From positions 128,001 to 192,000 of the forward strand of contig CAVSNY010000007.1 of the NCBI GenBank assembly GCA_963729605.1: a DNA stretch of 64,000 nucleotides. Direction: 5' to 3'. This DNA is from an uncultured Gammaproteobacteria bacterium. GTDB lineage: Bacteria; Pseudomonadota; Gammaproteobacteria; DRLM01. Positions 28,084 through 39,305 of this stretch are shown here, in pieces. The notes under the pieces were generated by a model. That model saw only the letters and a program-made list of their open reading frames with translations, did no database searches and had not been told where the DNA came from. Every line of letters begins with the position of its first letter. The first letter of the stretch is position 1. The translations under genes were made by a program, and so were the position numbers.

Positions 28084-29385
28084 CTAGCCCGGCCGCGCGC
28101 CGGTCTTGGCCCCGCGCGGTGACCGTGCCCGGCGGGGACGCGAGTCGCGGCCGCCTTCACGGCCGCCGCCGCGGCGCGGCGGGTCGGGGCGATGGCGCGG
28201 GGTGTGGGCCGGCCGGGTGATCTCGGCCAGGAGCGCGGGATCGACCGGCGCGCTGGGGATGGGGTGGCCAATGTATTTTTCGATCTCGGGTAAGGAGAAG
28301 GCGTAGGTCTCGCAGACGAAGCTGATGGCGTCGCCGCTCGCGCCCGCCCGCGCGGTGCGGCCGATGCGATGCACGTAATCCTCGGCGTCCTGCGGCAGGT
28401 CGAAGTTGATGACGTGGGTCACGCCGGGAATATGCAGTCCGCGCGCCGCGACGTCGGTGGCCACCAGAATCGGGATTTCGCCCCGCTCGAACTGGGACAA
28501 AAACTGCAAACGTTTTTTCTGCGGCACGTCGCCGGACAACATGGCGGCGGGGAAACCGTTGCATTCCAAATAGGCGTGCACATCCTCGGCGGTGCGTTTG
28601 GTGTTGACGAACAGCATGGTGCGGGTGGCATCCATGGCGCGCAGCAGGCCGATCAGCAGCGGCATCTTCTCTTCGTTGGCCGGATAATAAGTGAGTTCCT
28701 GAATTCGCTCGGCGGTGACTTTATCGGTTTCGATCTTCACCAGTTGCGGATTGTTCATGTGCTCATAGGCCAGTTCGGTGACCCGGAACGACAGCGTGGC
28801 GGAAAACAGCATGCTCAGCCGTTTTTCCGGCTTGGGCATGCGCCGCAGCATGTAGCGGATGTCTTTGATGAAGCCGAGATCGAACATGCGATCGGCCTCG
28901 TCCACCACCACTACCTCCACTTCGCGCAGATCGAACACATGTTGTTTATGGTAGTCGATGAGGCGGCCGGGCGTGCCGATCACCATGTCCACGCCCTCTT
29001 CCAGCTGTTTGCGCTGGGTTTCATAGCCGGCGCCGCCATAAATCAGCGCGAGCTTCAGCCCGGTATATTTACCCAGCAGTTCGGCGTCTTTATGGATCTG
29101 CACCGCCAATTCGCGGGTGGGGGCGATGATCAAGGCCCGCGGCGATTTGCCGGGGCGCGGCGGACGGCGCAACAAATGGGTCATGGTCGCCAGTAAATAG
29201 GCCGCGGTTTTGCCGGTGCCGGTCTGGGCCTGCCCCGCCACATCCTGCCCGGCCAGGGCCAGCGGCAGGGTTTGCGCTTGGATCGGCGTACACTCGCTGA
29301 AACCGGCGTCTTTGATGCCTCGCTGCAAGGGTTCGGGGAAATCGAAACTGGCGAGATGGGTCTCTGTAAGATGTCGTTTACTCAT
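28084..29385 (-). CDS. rhlB: DEAD-box RNA helicase RhlB
   Basis: MSKRHLTE N-terminus, [22 protein letters not shown] and HRIGRTAR; divergent from trxA-rho. Confidence 0.92.
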   Translation of the reverse strand: MSKRHLTETHLASFDFPEPLQRGIKDAGFSECTPIQAQTLPLALAGQDVAGQAQTGTGKTAAYLLATMTHLLRRPPRPGKSPRALIIAPTRELAVQIHKDAELLGKYTGLKLALIYGGAGYETQRKQLEEGVDMVIGTPGRLIDYHKQHVFDLREVEVVVVDEADRMFDLGFIKDIRYMLRRMPKPEKRLSMLFSATLSFRVTELAYEHMNNPQLVKIETDKVTAERIQELTYYPANEEKMPLLIGLLRAMDATRTMLFVNTKRTAEDVHAYLECNGFPAAMLSGDVPQKKRLQFLSQFERGEIPILVATDVAARGLHIPGVTHVINFDLPQDAEDYVHRIGRTARAGASGDAISFVCETYAFSLPEIEKYIGHPIPSAPVDPALLAEITRPAHTPRHRPDPPRRGGGREGGRDSRPRRARSPRGAKTGARPG

Positions 29386-29469
29386 GCGGGCACAGCATAT
29401 CAGAAATGTCCGAATACGCTACGGACTTGCAATCCGCGCCGGTTTGCGCTTGAATCTAAATTCAGTGCG

Positions 29470-29498
29470 TTGCGATTGCAATCGGGATAGGCTATCTT
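29470..29498 (+). promoter_or_regulatory. Putative sigma70 promoter for trxA
   Basis: TTGCGA-17 nt-TATCTT. Confidence 0.45.
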
Positions 29499-29598
29499 AA
29501 CCGGCACGACGCTAAACAAGGTCTTCCGCGCTGGTTCTACTAGAAGTGTGCAGCGGTGTCCTACAAAGAATTACTTTCCTGACTGGAGAATGCCAATA

Positions 29599-29925
29599 GT
29601 GAGCGATCAAATTGTTCATGTCACCGACGCGACATTTGACGACGTGGTGCTCAAAGCGGACGGCCCGGTGCTGGTGGATTTTTGGGCGGACTGGTGCGGT
29701 CCCTGCAAAATGATCGCCCCTATCTTGGACGACGTTTCCAAGGATTATGCCGGCAAGCTTCAAGTCGCCAAGTTGAACATCGACGAAAACCCGGCGACGC
29801 CGCCCAAATACGGTATTCGCGGCATCCCGACTTTGATGCTCTTCAAGAACGGCAATGTCGAGGCGACCAAGGTGGGCGCCGTCTCCAAGTCGCAGTTGAC
29901 CGCGTTCATCGATAGCAATATGTAA
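29599..29925 (+). CDS. trxA: Thioredoxin 1
   Basis: [15 protein letters not shown] and YGIRGIPTL; between rhlB and rho. Confidence 0.97.
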   Translation: MSDQIVHVTDATFDDVVLKADGPVLVDFWADWCGPCKMIAPILDDVSKDYAGKLQVAKLNIDENPATPPKYGIRGIPTLMLFKNGNVEATKVGAVSKSQLTAFIDSNM

Positions 29926-30144
29926 GCGGTGCCCCCGGCCGCGGTAAAAAGTGCTGGACGCGGCCGAGGTGTGGTGGTAGCGTGTAAAAAAATTACAATA
30001 TCTCAGTTTGGTCTATCGCCTTAACGGGCATTTCCCCCGATTTAAAAAAGTTGTGCATTTACGTTGGTTCTAGCCCCCGGCCATCCGAGTCGGCCCATTT
30101 CCACAGTTACGTCTTTGATCTGAGTCAATCCGAAAGCAGCGACG

Positions 30145-31401
30145 ATGAACCTCACCGAACTTAAGCAAAAAAGCCCGACCGATTTATTGGGAATCGCCGA
30201 CGAAATGGGCATCGAAGGCATGGCGCGCTCGCGCAAGCAGGATGTGATCTTCGCCATTCTCAAGGCCCACGCCAAAAAGGGCGAGGATATTTTCGGTGAC
30301 GGCGTGCTGGAGATTCTTCAGGACGGCTTCGGCTTTTTACGATCGGGCGACAGCTCCTATCTCGCGGGGCCCGATGATATCTACGTCTCGCCGAGCCAGA
30401 TCCGCCGCTTCAATTTGCGCACCGGCGATACGGTGTCCGGCAAGATCCGCCCGCCCAAAGAGGGCGAGCGTTATTTCGCGCTGCTCAAGGTCGACGAGAT
30501 CAATTACGAGCCGCCCGAAAACGCCAAGAACAAAGTCCTGTTCGAGAACCTCACTCCGCTGTTCGCCAACAAGCGGCTCAGCATGGAACAGGGCAACGGC
30601 AGCACCGAGGACATCACTGCGCGCATCATCGATTTGGTGGCGCCGATCGGCAAGGGCCAGCGCGGCATGATCGTCTCGCCGCCCAAGGCCGGTAAAACCA
30701 TGATGCTGCAGAATATCGCGCAGTCGATTGCGCACAACCATCCCGAGTGTTACCTCATCGTATTGCTCATCGACGAACGTCCCGAGGAAGTCACCGAGAT
30801 GTCGCGCTCGGTGCGCGGCGAAGTGATTTCTTCTACGTTCGACGAACCCGCCACCCGCCATGTACAAGTAGCGGAGATGGTGATCGAGAAGGCTAAGCGT
30901 TTGGTGGAGCATAAGCGCGACGTGATCATTCTGCTGGACTCGATCACCCGTTTGGCGCGCGCCTACAACACGGTGATCCCCTCGTCGGGCAAGGTGTTGA
31001 CCGGCGGCGTGGACGCCAATGCGTTGCAAAAACCAAAACGGTTTTTCGGCGCGGCGCGTAATATCGAGGAAGGCGGTTCGCTGACCATCATCGCCACCGC
31101 GCTGGTCGAAACCGGTTCGCGCATGGACGACGTGATCTACGAAGAATTCAAAGGCACCGGCAACAACGAGATGCATCTCGACCGCAAGATCGCCGAGAAG
31201 CGCATCTATCCGGCCATCAACATCAACCGCTCCGGCACCCGCCGCGAAGAGTTGCTCACCCACCCCGATGAGCTGCAGAAGATGTGGATACTCCGCAAAC
31301 TGCTGCACCCCATGGACGAGTTGGCCGCCATGGAATTCATGCTCGACAAACTCAAGGCCACCAAGACCAACGCCAGTTTCTTCGATTCCATGAAGCGCTG
31401 A
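30145..31401 (+). CDS. rho: Transcription termination factor Rho
   Basis: [31 protein letters not shown] and EEFKGTGN. Confidence 0.98.
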   Translation: MNLTELKQKSPTDLLGIADEMGIEGMARSRKQDVIFAILKAHAKKGEDIFGDGVLEILQDGFGFLRSGDSSYLAGPDDIYVSPSQIRRFNLRTGDTVSGKIRPPKEGERYFALLKVDEINYEPPENAKNKVLFENLTPLFANKRLSMEQGNGSTEDITARIIDLVAPIGKGQRGMIVSPPKAGKTMMLQNIAQSIAHNHPECYLIVLLIDERPEEVTEMSRSVRGEVISSTFDEPATRHVQVAEMVIEKAKRLVEHKRDVIILLDSITRLARAYNTVIPSSGKVLTGGVDANALQKPKRFFGAARNIEEGGSLTIIATALVETGSRMDDVIYEEFKGTGNNEMHLDRKIAEKRIYPAININRSGTRREELLTHPDELQKMWILRKLLHPMDELAAMEFMLDKLKATKTNASFFDSMKR

Positions 31402-31428
31402 TGCCGCGCCGGCGGCGCGGTGAATAGC

Positions 31429-33926
31429 TCACCCCGCCGTCGGCAGCTTGATGTCCACCGGTTTTACATTCCAGATTTCTTCGGCGTACTGACGGATGGT
31501 GCGGTCCGAAGAAAATTTTCCCATGTGCGCGACATTGAGTATGGCCTTGCGCGTCCATTCCTCGCGCTGGGTGTACAAGGCCGCGACCGCCTCCTGGCTG
31601 GTAATGTACGACGCGTAATCGGCCAACAGCAGATAGTGGTCGCCGCCGTGGGTCAGGTTATCCGCGATCGGCCGGTGCAGGTCGGCGTTGCCCGGTGAAA
31701 AATAGCCGTTGGCTATCATGTCCAGCGCCTGTTTCAGTTCGGGATTGCCGTGATAATAATCCCAAGGGTTGTGGCCGCGCGTGTAAGTCTCCGCCACCTG
31801 AGGCGTGGTCATGCCGAAGATGAAGATGTTCTCCTTGCCCACCTCTTCGCAGATCTCCACGTTGGCGCCGTCCAAGGTGCCGATGGTGAGCGCGCCGTTG
31901 AGGGCGAACTTCATGTTGCTGGTGCCCGAGGCCTCGGTGCCGGCGGTGGAGATTTGTTCCGACAAGCTCGCAGGCCGGGATGATCAGCTCCGCCAGCGAG
32001 ACGTTGTAATTGGGGATGAACACCACCTTGAGTTGATCGCCGATGGCGGGATCGTTGTTCACCACGTCGGCGACGTCGTTAATCAGCTTGATGATCTTTT
32101 TGGCCAGCACATAACCCGGCGCGGCCTTGCCGGCGAAGATCGCCGTGCGCGGCACCCGCGGCGCGGCGCTGCCTTGGCGGATACGGTTGTACAAGGTGAT
32201 GACGTGCAGCACGTTGAGCAGTTGCCGTTTGTATTCGTGGATGCGTTTGACGTGCACGTCGAACAGGCTGTCGGGATTGATCTGCACGTTCCAATTGCTG
32301 GCGGATGAAGCCGGCCAGCCGTTCCTTATTGGCCCGTTTCACCGCCGCGAACTCGCCGCGGAAATCCGCGTCGGCGGCGAACGGCGCGAGGCGCCGCAAT
32401 TGATCGAGGTCTTTGCGCCACGCGTCGCCGATGCGTGAGGTGATGAGCTTGGACAGGCCTGGATTGGCCAGATGCAACCACCGCCGCGGCGTGACGCCGT
32501 TGGTCTTGTTGGAAATCTTGCCGGGATAAACTGCGTCGAAGTCGTGAAAGATGGTCGATTTCATCAACTCGGTATGTATGGCGGCCACACCGTTCACCGC
32601 ATGGCTGCCGGCCACCGCCAGGTGCGCCATGCGCACCCGCCGTTCGCCGTCTTCATTGATCAGCGAGACGCGCCGCATCCGCGCGTAGTCGCCGGGGAAC
32701 AGGTGGGTGACGCACTTCAAAAACTGATGATTGATCTCGTAGATGATCTGCAAATGCCGCGGCAGGATCTGCTCGAGCAAGGCCACCGGCCAGGTCTCCA
32801 GTGCCTCCGGCAGCAGGGTGTGATTGGTGTACGAGAAGGTGCGGACCGTGATGTCCCAGGCCTTGTCCCAATCCACGTGATAAATGTCCACCAGCAAGCG
32901 CATCAACTCGGGAATGGCCAGCACCGGATGGGTGTCGTTGAGCTGGATGGCCACCTGGTCGGGCAAGGCGTCGAAATCGTCGTGGGTTTTTTGGTAGCGG
33001 CGAATGATGTCCTGCAGGGTGGCGCTGACGAAGAAATATTGCTGTTTCAAACGCAGCTCGCGGCCCATCAGCGTAGTGTCGTCGGGATAAAGCACCTTCG
33101 ACAAATTCTCCGATTCGTTCTTCACTTCGACCGCTTTGATGTAATTGCCTTCGTTGAAATAACGCAGGTCGAAATCGCGGCTGGCCTTGGCCGACCACAG
33201 CCGCATATTGTTCACGGTGTTGGTGCCGAAACCGGGAATCGGCGTGTCGTAGGCCATGGCCATCACGTCTTCCGTGCCGATCCAGTGATAACGCTTGCGG
33301 CCGCGCTCGTCGGGATACTCCACCACCCGCCCGTAAAATTTCACCGGATATAACACTTCCGGGCGCGGGAACTCCCAGGGATTGCCGTAGCGCAGCCAAT
33401 TTTCCGGGTGCTCCACTTGATAGCCGTTTTCGATGCGCTGGTTGAACATGCCGTATTCATAGCGGATGCCGTAGCCGTAGCCCGGCAGGCCGAGGGTGGC
33501 GATGGAGTCGAGGAAGCAGGCCGCCAGCCGGCCCAGGCCGCCGTTGCCGAGCGCCGCGTCCGGCTCCAGTTCGCGGATGGTTTCCATGTCGAGGCCGATG
33601 GCGCGGAAGGCCTCGGTGAACTCGTCGGCGATGTCCATGTTGAGCACGCTGTTGGTGAGCGTGCGGCCGATGAGAAACTCCAAGGACATGTAATAAATGC
33701 GCTTGGCGTTTTGCCGGTAATAGGTCCGCTGAGTCTCCATCCAGCGTTCCATGAGCCGATCGCGCACCACGTAGGCCGCGACGTGATACCAGTCGCGGTC
33801 GGTGGCGGTGTACATATCCTTGCCGGCGGAATACTCCAGGCGGTTGGCCAGGGATTGTTTGATGGATTCGGTATCGAGGCCGAGGTAATCGTATTTGAGT
33901 TTGGGATTAATGCGTTGCTGGGCCAT
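31429..33926 (-). CDS. glgP: Glycogen/alpha-glucan phosphorylase (frameshifts near 32290 and 31970, probably errors)
   Basis: [38 protein letters not shown] (PLP Lys) and GKFSSDRTI spread over three ORF fragments. Confidence 0.93.
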
Positions 33927-34036
33927 GAGTCCTTTACCCCCTTCGGGTCGTCCTTTGAATCCCGTCGGGATTCATAATAAGCCTTTTTACGGCCCGCCAC
34001 GCCATTTCTTGAAGAAGAGCGTCCCCGCCGCCTCCC

Positions 34037-34065
34037 TTGCCTAGCCGCCGGCTTTTGCGTATGAT
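34037..34065 (+). promoter_or_regulatory. Putative sigma70 promoter for rpmE
   Basis: TTGCCT-17 nt-TATGAT, about 80 nt upstream of the start. Confidence 0.6.
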
Positions 34066-34145
34066 TCCGCGTTCTCTGTGCGGGGGACCCGTCGGAGCGC
34101 CGGCGGAGCTAGCCCCGGCAGTCAGCAAGGCTAAAGAGGTTCACC

Positions 34146-34352
34146 ATGAAAGCGGACATACACCCCGCCTACAGCGAGATCAAGGTCACTTGCAGCTGTG
34201 GCAATACGTTTAACACCCGTTCCACGCTCGGTCACGACCTGCATCTGGACGTGTGCTCGGCCTGCCATCCCTTCTACACCGGCAAGCAAAAGCTGGTGGA
34301 CACCGCGGGCCGCGTGGACAAATTCCGTCAGAAGTACGGTTTGAGCAAGTAA
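34146..34352 (+). CDS. rpmE: 50S ribosomal protein L31 (Zn-binding form)
   Basis: [25 protein letters not shown] and GRVDKF. Confidence 0.98.
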   Translation: MKADIHPAYSEIKVTCSCGNTFNTRSTLGHDLHLDVCSACHPFYTGKQKLVDTAGRVDKFRQKYGLSK

Positions 34353-34359
34353 TCCGCCG

Positions 34360-35190
34360 ATGGCGGATGACCGCGGAGCAAGGGCGCCTGATCCGGGCGC
34401 CCTTGCTCGTTTCCGGACCCCGGTCCGGCGTCTTTTCCCCTGTTTCGTCCTCCTCATCTGCTGGTCGGATTTCCTCCCGGCGGCGGATTGTCGCGCCGAC
34501 CGCGTCGATGAAACCGCGCAGGTGGATTCCGTATACGACGGCGACACCCTGCACCTGCGCGACGGCCGCCGCCTGCGGCTGATCGGTCTCGACGCCCCCG
34601 AACTGGGCCGCGACGGCCAACCCGACCAGCCTTTGGCCGTGGCCGCGCGCGACGTGTTGCGACATCGTCTGCCGGCCGATGCCGGGCTGCGCCTGCGTTA
34701 CGACGCGGAGCGAGAGGACGCCCACGGCCGCACCCTCGCCCACCTGTTTTTCGCCGACGGCGCCAGCGTCACCGCCTGGTTGCTGGAACAGGGCCTCGCC
34801 ACCTTGCTCCTCATTCCCCCCGATCTTTGGAACGCCGACTGTTACGCCGCCGCCGAGCGGCGGGCCCGCGAGCGCGGGCTGGGGGTATGGGCCTTGCCGG
34901 ATTATCAGCCCGTCGCCGCGGCCCGTCTGCCCCGCACCGCGCGCGGCTATCGGGTCGTGCGGGGCAGCGTCCTGCGGGTACGCGAGGGCGACGCTGCGCG
35001 CTGGTTGATTCTGGAAAACCAGGTCGCGGCGCGTATCGACCGGCATGATCTGGCCCACTTCACCCAGGTCCGGTTAAACGATTTGGCGCGGCGACCAGTG
35101 GAGGTGCGCGGCTGGGTGTACCCGGTGGGCGACGAATTGCATATCAAGCTGCGCCACCCCGCCCAGCTCGATATAGTATCCGCCGAATAA
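34360..35190 (+). CDS. Thermonuclease (SNase)-family protein with C-terminal OB-like domain
   Basis: VYDGDTL, RLIGLDAPE, DAHGRTLA and AERRARERGLGVW. Confidence 0.85.
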   Translation: MADDRGARAPDPGALARFRTPVRRLFPCFVLLICWSDFLPAADCRADRVDETAQVDSVYDGDTLHLRDGRRLRLIGLDAPELGRDGQPDQPLAVAARDVLRHRLPADAGLRLRYDAEREDAHGRTLAHLFFADGASVTAWLLEQGLATLLLIPPDLWNADCYAAAERRARERGLGVWALPDYQPVAAARLPRTARGYRVVRGSVLRVREGDAARWLILENQVAARIDRHDLAHFTQVRLNDLARRPVEVRGWVYPVGDELHIKLRHPAQLDIVSAE

Positions 35191-35349
35191 ACGGGCGACC
35201 CACGCTTCAGCGGTATAGTATTCAGACCGATCAAGAAAGGCGCGGCGCGCCGTGGCCGCCGCCCCGCCTCCTGATACATAATGCGCGCCTGTTTTACCCG
35301 CGCCGTCGCGCCAGAACGAGTTGTCACCGAAACCGAAGCAGGATACCGC

Positions 35350-36594
35350 ATGAGCAAAGACCGCAAACAAGCCGCCCTCGACTACCACGCCCAGCCGCGG
35401 CCCGGCAAAATCGCCATCGCCATCACCAAGTCCTGTCTCACTCAAGAAGACTTGTCGCTGGCCTACACGCCGGGCGTGGCCGAACCGGTGCGCGCCATCC
35501 ACGCCGACCCCGAGGCCGCCTACCGTTACACCTCCAAAGGCAATCTAGTGGCGGTGATCACCGACGGCAGCGCGGTGCTGGGTCTCGGTAAAATGGGCGC
35601 GCTGGCCTCCAAGCCGGTGATGGAAGGCAAGGGCGTGTTGTTCAAAAAATTCGCCGACATCGATGTCTTCGACATCGAAGTCGACGCCACCAGCCCCGAG
35701 CATTTCATCGAGACCGTGGCGGCCATCGCGCCGACCTTCGGCGGCATCAATCTCGAGGACATCGCCGCGCCGCATTGCTTCACCATCGAAGCCGCCTTGA
35801 TCGAGCGGCTCGACATCCCGGTGTTTCACGACGACCAGCACGGCACCGCGATCATCGTCGCCGCCGGCCTGCTCAATGCGCTGGAACTGCAAGGCAAGCA
35901 GTTGCAAGACGCGCGCATCGTCTGCCTCGGCGCCGGTGCGGCGGGCATCGCCTCCATGCATCTCTTGGTGGCGTTGGGCGCGAAGAAGGAAAATCTTTCT
36001 TTGGTGGATCGTATCGGCGTGATTCACAGCGGCCGCGACGATTTGAACATCTATAAACGTGAATTCGCGATCGACACCGCCAAGCGCACCCTGGCCGACG
36101 CCATGCAAAGCGCCGACGCCTTCATCGGCCTGTCGGGACCCGATTTGGTCAGCGAGGCCATGCTCGCCGCCATGGCGCCGAACCCGGTGATCTTCGCCTT
36201 ATCCAATCCCGACCCCGAGATCAGCCCCGAGCTCGCGCACACCGTGCGCAATGACATCATCATGGCCACCGGTCGCAGCGACTATCCCAATCAAGTGAAC
36301 AACGTGTTGGGCTTTCCCTTCATCTTCCGCGGCGCGCTCGACGTGCGCGCCAGCCGCATCAACTCCGCCATGCAAGTCGCCGCCGTCCACGCCTTGTGCG
36401 CACTCGCGCGCGAGCCGGTGCCGGCCGACGTGCTCAAGGCCTATAAATTGGATCATCTCGAATTCGGTCCCGATTACATCATCCCCAAACCGCTGGACCC
36501 GCGTTTGATCGACTACATCGCCCCCGCCGTGGCGCGCGCGGCGGTGGAGAGCGGCGTGGCGCGGCAGAAGTATCCGGAGCATTATCCGGAGTAG
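35350..36594 (+). CDS. Malic enzyme (short form, no PTA domain)
   Basis: [40 protein letters not shown] and [12 protein letters not shown]. Confidence 0.93.
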   Translation: MSKDRKQAALDYHAQPRPGKIAIAITKSCLTQEDLSLAYTPGVAEPVRAIHADPEAAYRYTSKGNLVAVITDGSAVLGLGKMGALASKPVMEGKGVLFKKFADIDVFDIEVDATSPEHFIETVAAIAPTFGGINLEDIAAPHCFTIEAALIERLDIPVFHDDQHGTAIIVAAGLLNALELQGKQLQDARIVCLGAGAAGIASMHLLVALGAKKENLSLVDRIGVIHSGRDDLNIYKREFAIDTAKRTLADAMQSADAFIGLSGPDLVSEAMLAAMAPNPVIFALSNPDPEISPELAHTVRNDIIMATGRSDYPNQVNNVLGFPFIFRGALDVRASRINSAMQVAAVHALCALAREPVPADVLKAYKLDHLEFGPDYIIPKPLDPRLIDYIAPAVARAAVESGVARQKYPEHYPE

Positions 36595-36631
36595 ATGTTC
36601 CGGGAGAAGGAATAAAGAATTCTTAGGCGGG

Positions 36632-37492
36632 TTATAGTAACCCGCCTTGCATTGGTCGGCTGCGGTGTTCGATGACTTTTAGAATAGTCTTTTCAGTTAC
36701 CAGACGTTCGCCCTGTCTATTTTGTTGAATGCGCATCTCCACAATCAGGGAATCACCTTTTGCAAACGCCTCGCCATTGTTAACGCGGGAAATAAAATCC
36801 ACATCAGCGATATCCGCGTGGAACGAACTGGACCCGTCCGAAAAACGCCATTTATTACCATCCTTAAAGACGGGCGCTTCAATGATAAGAGCTGTCTTGA
36901 TGCTGTTGTCGAACAGCGGGACCTCAGGCGCGACTGGTACAAAGGCGCTGGCTTCGCGTTGCGACACCTCGATAATGCGCTCTACCCCTTGTTCATGTTC
37001 AGCATCTACGGATACTGAATCCATCCCTTGTTTTCCGAGAGCATCATGAATGAAACGCTGAGCGGCTTCAGAAGCTTTTTCTTGAAAAACTAGCGACACA
37101 CTTTGTGTGTTGACAGTAAGTATCTGGCCGTTATTGTTAGTGACGTTGATAGTGTTGTGCTGTCCGCGTTCGCTCTTTTGCGGAGGGACGCCACCAAGAT
37201 GCTTCCATAACTTAACTGCCTCATTGATGGTGCCAAACAACTCTCTCATTGTCCCAGCGGTTAGCAAGGTGGCAATAGGGCCACCCACATTGATGACTAA
37301 ATCAGTAACGAACGAACCACGCCCGAAACCCGCCACCTCCGCTCGTGCGCGCGCTTCTTCTCCATAAGTTGCCTTCGCCGCCGCTACTACAAACTCGGAG
37401 AAAGCGATCATGTTTGCAGCGGCATCGTATACATCCATGAGACCAGCCTCGACTGCGGGGCCGCTATAACGAAGGCTAAGACGTGTTTGCAT
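36632..37492 (-). CDS. Hypothetical protein with atypical (AT-richer) composition
   Basis: Intact 286-aa ORF with codon usage visibly different from its neighbours. Confidence 0.8.
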   Translation of the reverse strand: MQTRLSLRYSGPAVEAGLMDVYDAAANMIAFSEFVVAAAKATYGEEARARAEVAGFGRGSFVTDLVINVGGPIATLLTAGTMRELFGTINEAVKLWKHLGGVPPQKSERGQHNTINVTNNNGQILTVNTQSVSLVFQEKASEAAQRFIHDALGKQGMDSVSVDAEHEQGVERIIEVSQREASAFVPVAPEVPLFDNSIKTALIIEAPVFKDGNKWRFSDGSSSFHADIADVDFISRVNNGEAFAKGDSLIVEMRIQQNRQGERLVTEKTILKVIEHRSRPMQGGLL

Positions 37493-37603
37493 GATAATTT
37501 CCCATTCTCGAGCATCACGGCGTATTAAATGTACGTTTATCTTCTGCTAGTTGAATGTCCAATATTCATTCAAGCCATCCTTGATGGCAAGCATAGATTT
37601 AAT

Positions 37604-37843
37604 GCGGGGTCTCGCCCCCGCGGGCGAGGTACTTTCTTTTGCGCGGCCAAAAGAAAGTACCCAAAGAAAAGGCCGCCCGGCGGTGGCGTTCCGCGCGTTG
37701 CGCGGAATACCCTGCGCGCTTCGGGCAGCGCGGGGTTTTTCAGACAGGCCGTCCCTGGCCTGTCTGAAAAAGCTCGCCATCCCTGGCTTCGCCCCTGCGG
37801 GCCTGATCCGCGCCACCCTGCAGTGCTCGGCGCTACCGACGGG
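37604..37843. repeat. Multi-hairpin non-coding element (MITE-like or structured repeat)
   Basis: Perfect inverted repeats GGTACTTTCTTTTG/CAAAAGAAAGTACC (37628-37661) and TTTTTCAGACAGGCC/GGCCTGTCTGAAAAA (37736-37771), plus smaller hairpins. Confidence 0.65.
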
Positions 37844-37876
37844 AGTTGAAAACCAACATCCTCGTCGGCAATAAAT

Positions 37877-38000
37877 GTAGGGTGGGTTAGGCCGAAGGCC
37901 GTAACCCACCAAGCTGTCGCGTAGCGACTCGTTAATCAATTCCCATAAGGTGCGCCTGACGGCGCGGGTTGGTGGGTTACGCTGCGCTAACCCACCCTAC
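37877..38000. repeat. GTAG-family REP doublet (REPIN)
   Basis: GTAGGGTGGGTTAGGCCGAAGGCCGTAACCCACC ... GGTGGGTTACGCTGCGCTAACCCACCCTAC, in inverted orientation. Confidence 0.85.
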
Positions 38001-38209
38001 ATTGATTTTGTGATCCCGAAATAACACCTCGTCCGCGTCGCCGACTTACCTACTTAATCGTTCTTCGCCGCCACACGCCCTTCTTCAGTGCGCCATTCGA
38101 TTGAGCACAAGCAACATTCGTGGATCACCCATGTTAGTGAATCGCGACTTTACAAACCCACATTCGCCGCCCATCATCCTTATGCAGGTGTCAGGCAAAG
38201 GAGTCCGTC

Positions 38210-39133
38210 GTGAGGAAGATCGCCATCGTGGGGCCGGGGCGGGTCGGTGAATCCACCGCGCAGATTCTGGCGAAGGAGTCGCTGTGCCGCGAGTTGGTGC
38301 TGGTGGGCATCGATGACGGTGTGGCGCGCGGCATCGCCTTGGATGTGCAGGAGTCGGCGCCGCTGTTCGGTTTCGATACCAAGGTGAGCGGCGGTGCCGA
38401 TCCCGCGTTGCTGGCCGATGCCGATCTGGTGATCATGACCGCGGGGCTGCCGCGCAAGCCGGGCATGAGTCGCGATCAACTGCGCGACGCCAATCTCGCG
38501 GTGTCGCGCGCGGTGGTGGCCAATGTGCTGCGTCACGCGCCGAACGCAATGTTGCTGATGGTGAGCAATCCGGTGGACGTGCTCACCTATGATGCTTACA
38601 AGCAGACCGGCTGGCCGCGCGAGCGGGTGTTCGGCCTGTCGGGTGTGCTGGACAGCGCGCGCATGGCGAATTTCGTGGCGCAGGCCAGCGGTTATTCGGT
38701 GCGCGACATCACGGCGCTGGTGATCGGCGGTCACGGCGACGCCATGGTGCCCTTGCCGGACTACACCTGTATCAACGGCATCCCCATCAAACATTTTCTC
38801 GACGCGGCGACTATTGCGCGGCTGATCGAACACACCCGCCAGGGCGGCGCGGAGATCCTCGCCCTCAAACAGACCAGCAGCGCCTACGACTCCCCCGCCG
38901 CCGCCATCGCCACCATGACGGAGGCGATCATCCGCGATCGCAAGCGGATACTGCCCTGCGTGGCGGTGCTCGACGGTGAATACGGGCAACGCGATATCGC
39001 GCTCGGCGTACCGGTGGTGTTGGGCGACGCCGGTGTGGAGAAAGTGCTTGAATTGCCGCTAACCGAAGACGAGAGCGCCGCCTTGCTCCGCTCGGCGGCA
39101 TCGGTGCGGGCGAGTCTCGGCGGTTCAAGCTGA
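38210..39133 (+). CDS. mdh: LDH-like malate dehydrogenase
   Basis: GPGRVG, AGLPRKPGMSR (malate-specific Arg), VSNPVD, GVLDSAR and IGGHGD. Confidence 0.88.
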   Translation: MRKIAIVGPGRVGESTAQILAKESLCRELVLVGIDDGVARGIALDVQESAPLFGFDTKVSGGADPALLADADLVIMTAGLPRKPGMSRDQLRDANLAVSRAVVANVLRHAPNAMLLMVSNPVDVLTYDAYKQTGWPRERVFGLSGVLDSARMANFVAQASGYSVRDITALVIGGHGDAMVPLPDYTCINGIPIKHFLDAATIARLIEHTRQGGAEILALKQTSSAYDSPAAAIATMTEAIIRDRKRILPCVAVLDGEYGQRDIALGVPVVLGDAGVEKVLELPLTEDESAALLRSAASVRASLGGSS

Positions 39134-39305
39134 TATCGCGGCACGCATGAGTGCCGCATCGAAAAAGACCGCTGGATTTTTTCAGCATGCCAGGCGACAT
39201 CCGCGCTCACCGTCGCGGCGCCATTTACGCCGACTGAGCCCGCGCGCGGAACGCGGGTGTTTGCCACGGATTTTCTTTTAGCCGCCAGCAACGAGGAGCA
39301 CGGCC

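Noticed and set aside
31429-33926. glgP in three fragments
   Set aside because: Single-base indels with otherwise intact motifs; same error pattern as elsewhere in the window.
34360-35190. Nuclease next to rpmE as a mobile or defence element
   Set aside because: The rpmE-nuclease-malic enzyme order is a known conserved gammaproteobacterial arrangement, and its composition is host-like.
37529-37939. Three overlapping ORFs of about 100-130 aa
   Set aside because: They are translations of palindromic repeat DNA, with no RBS or protein-like features.
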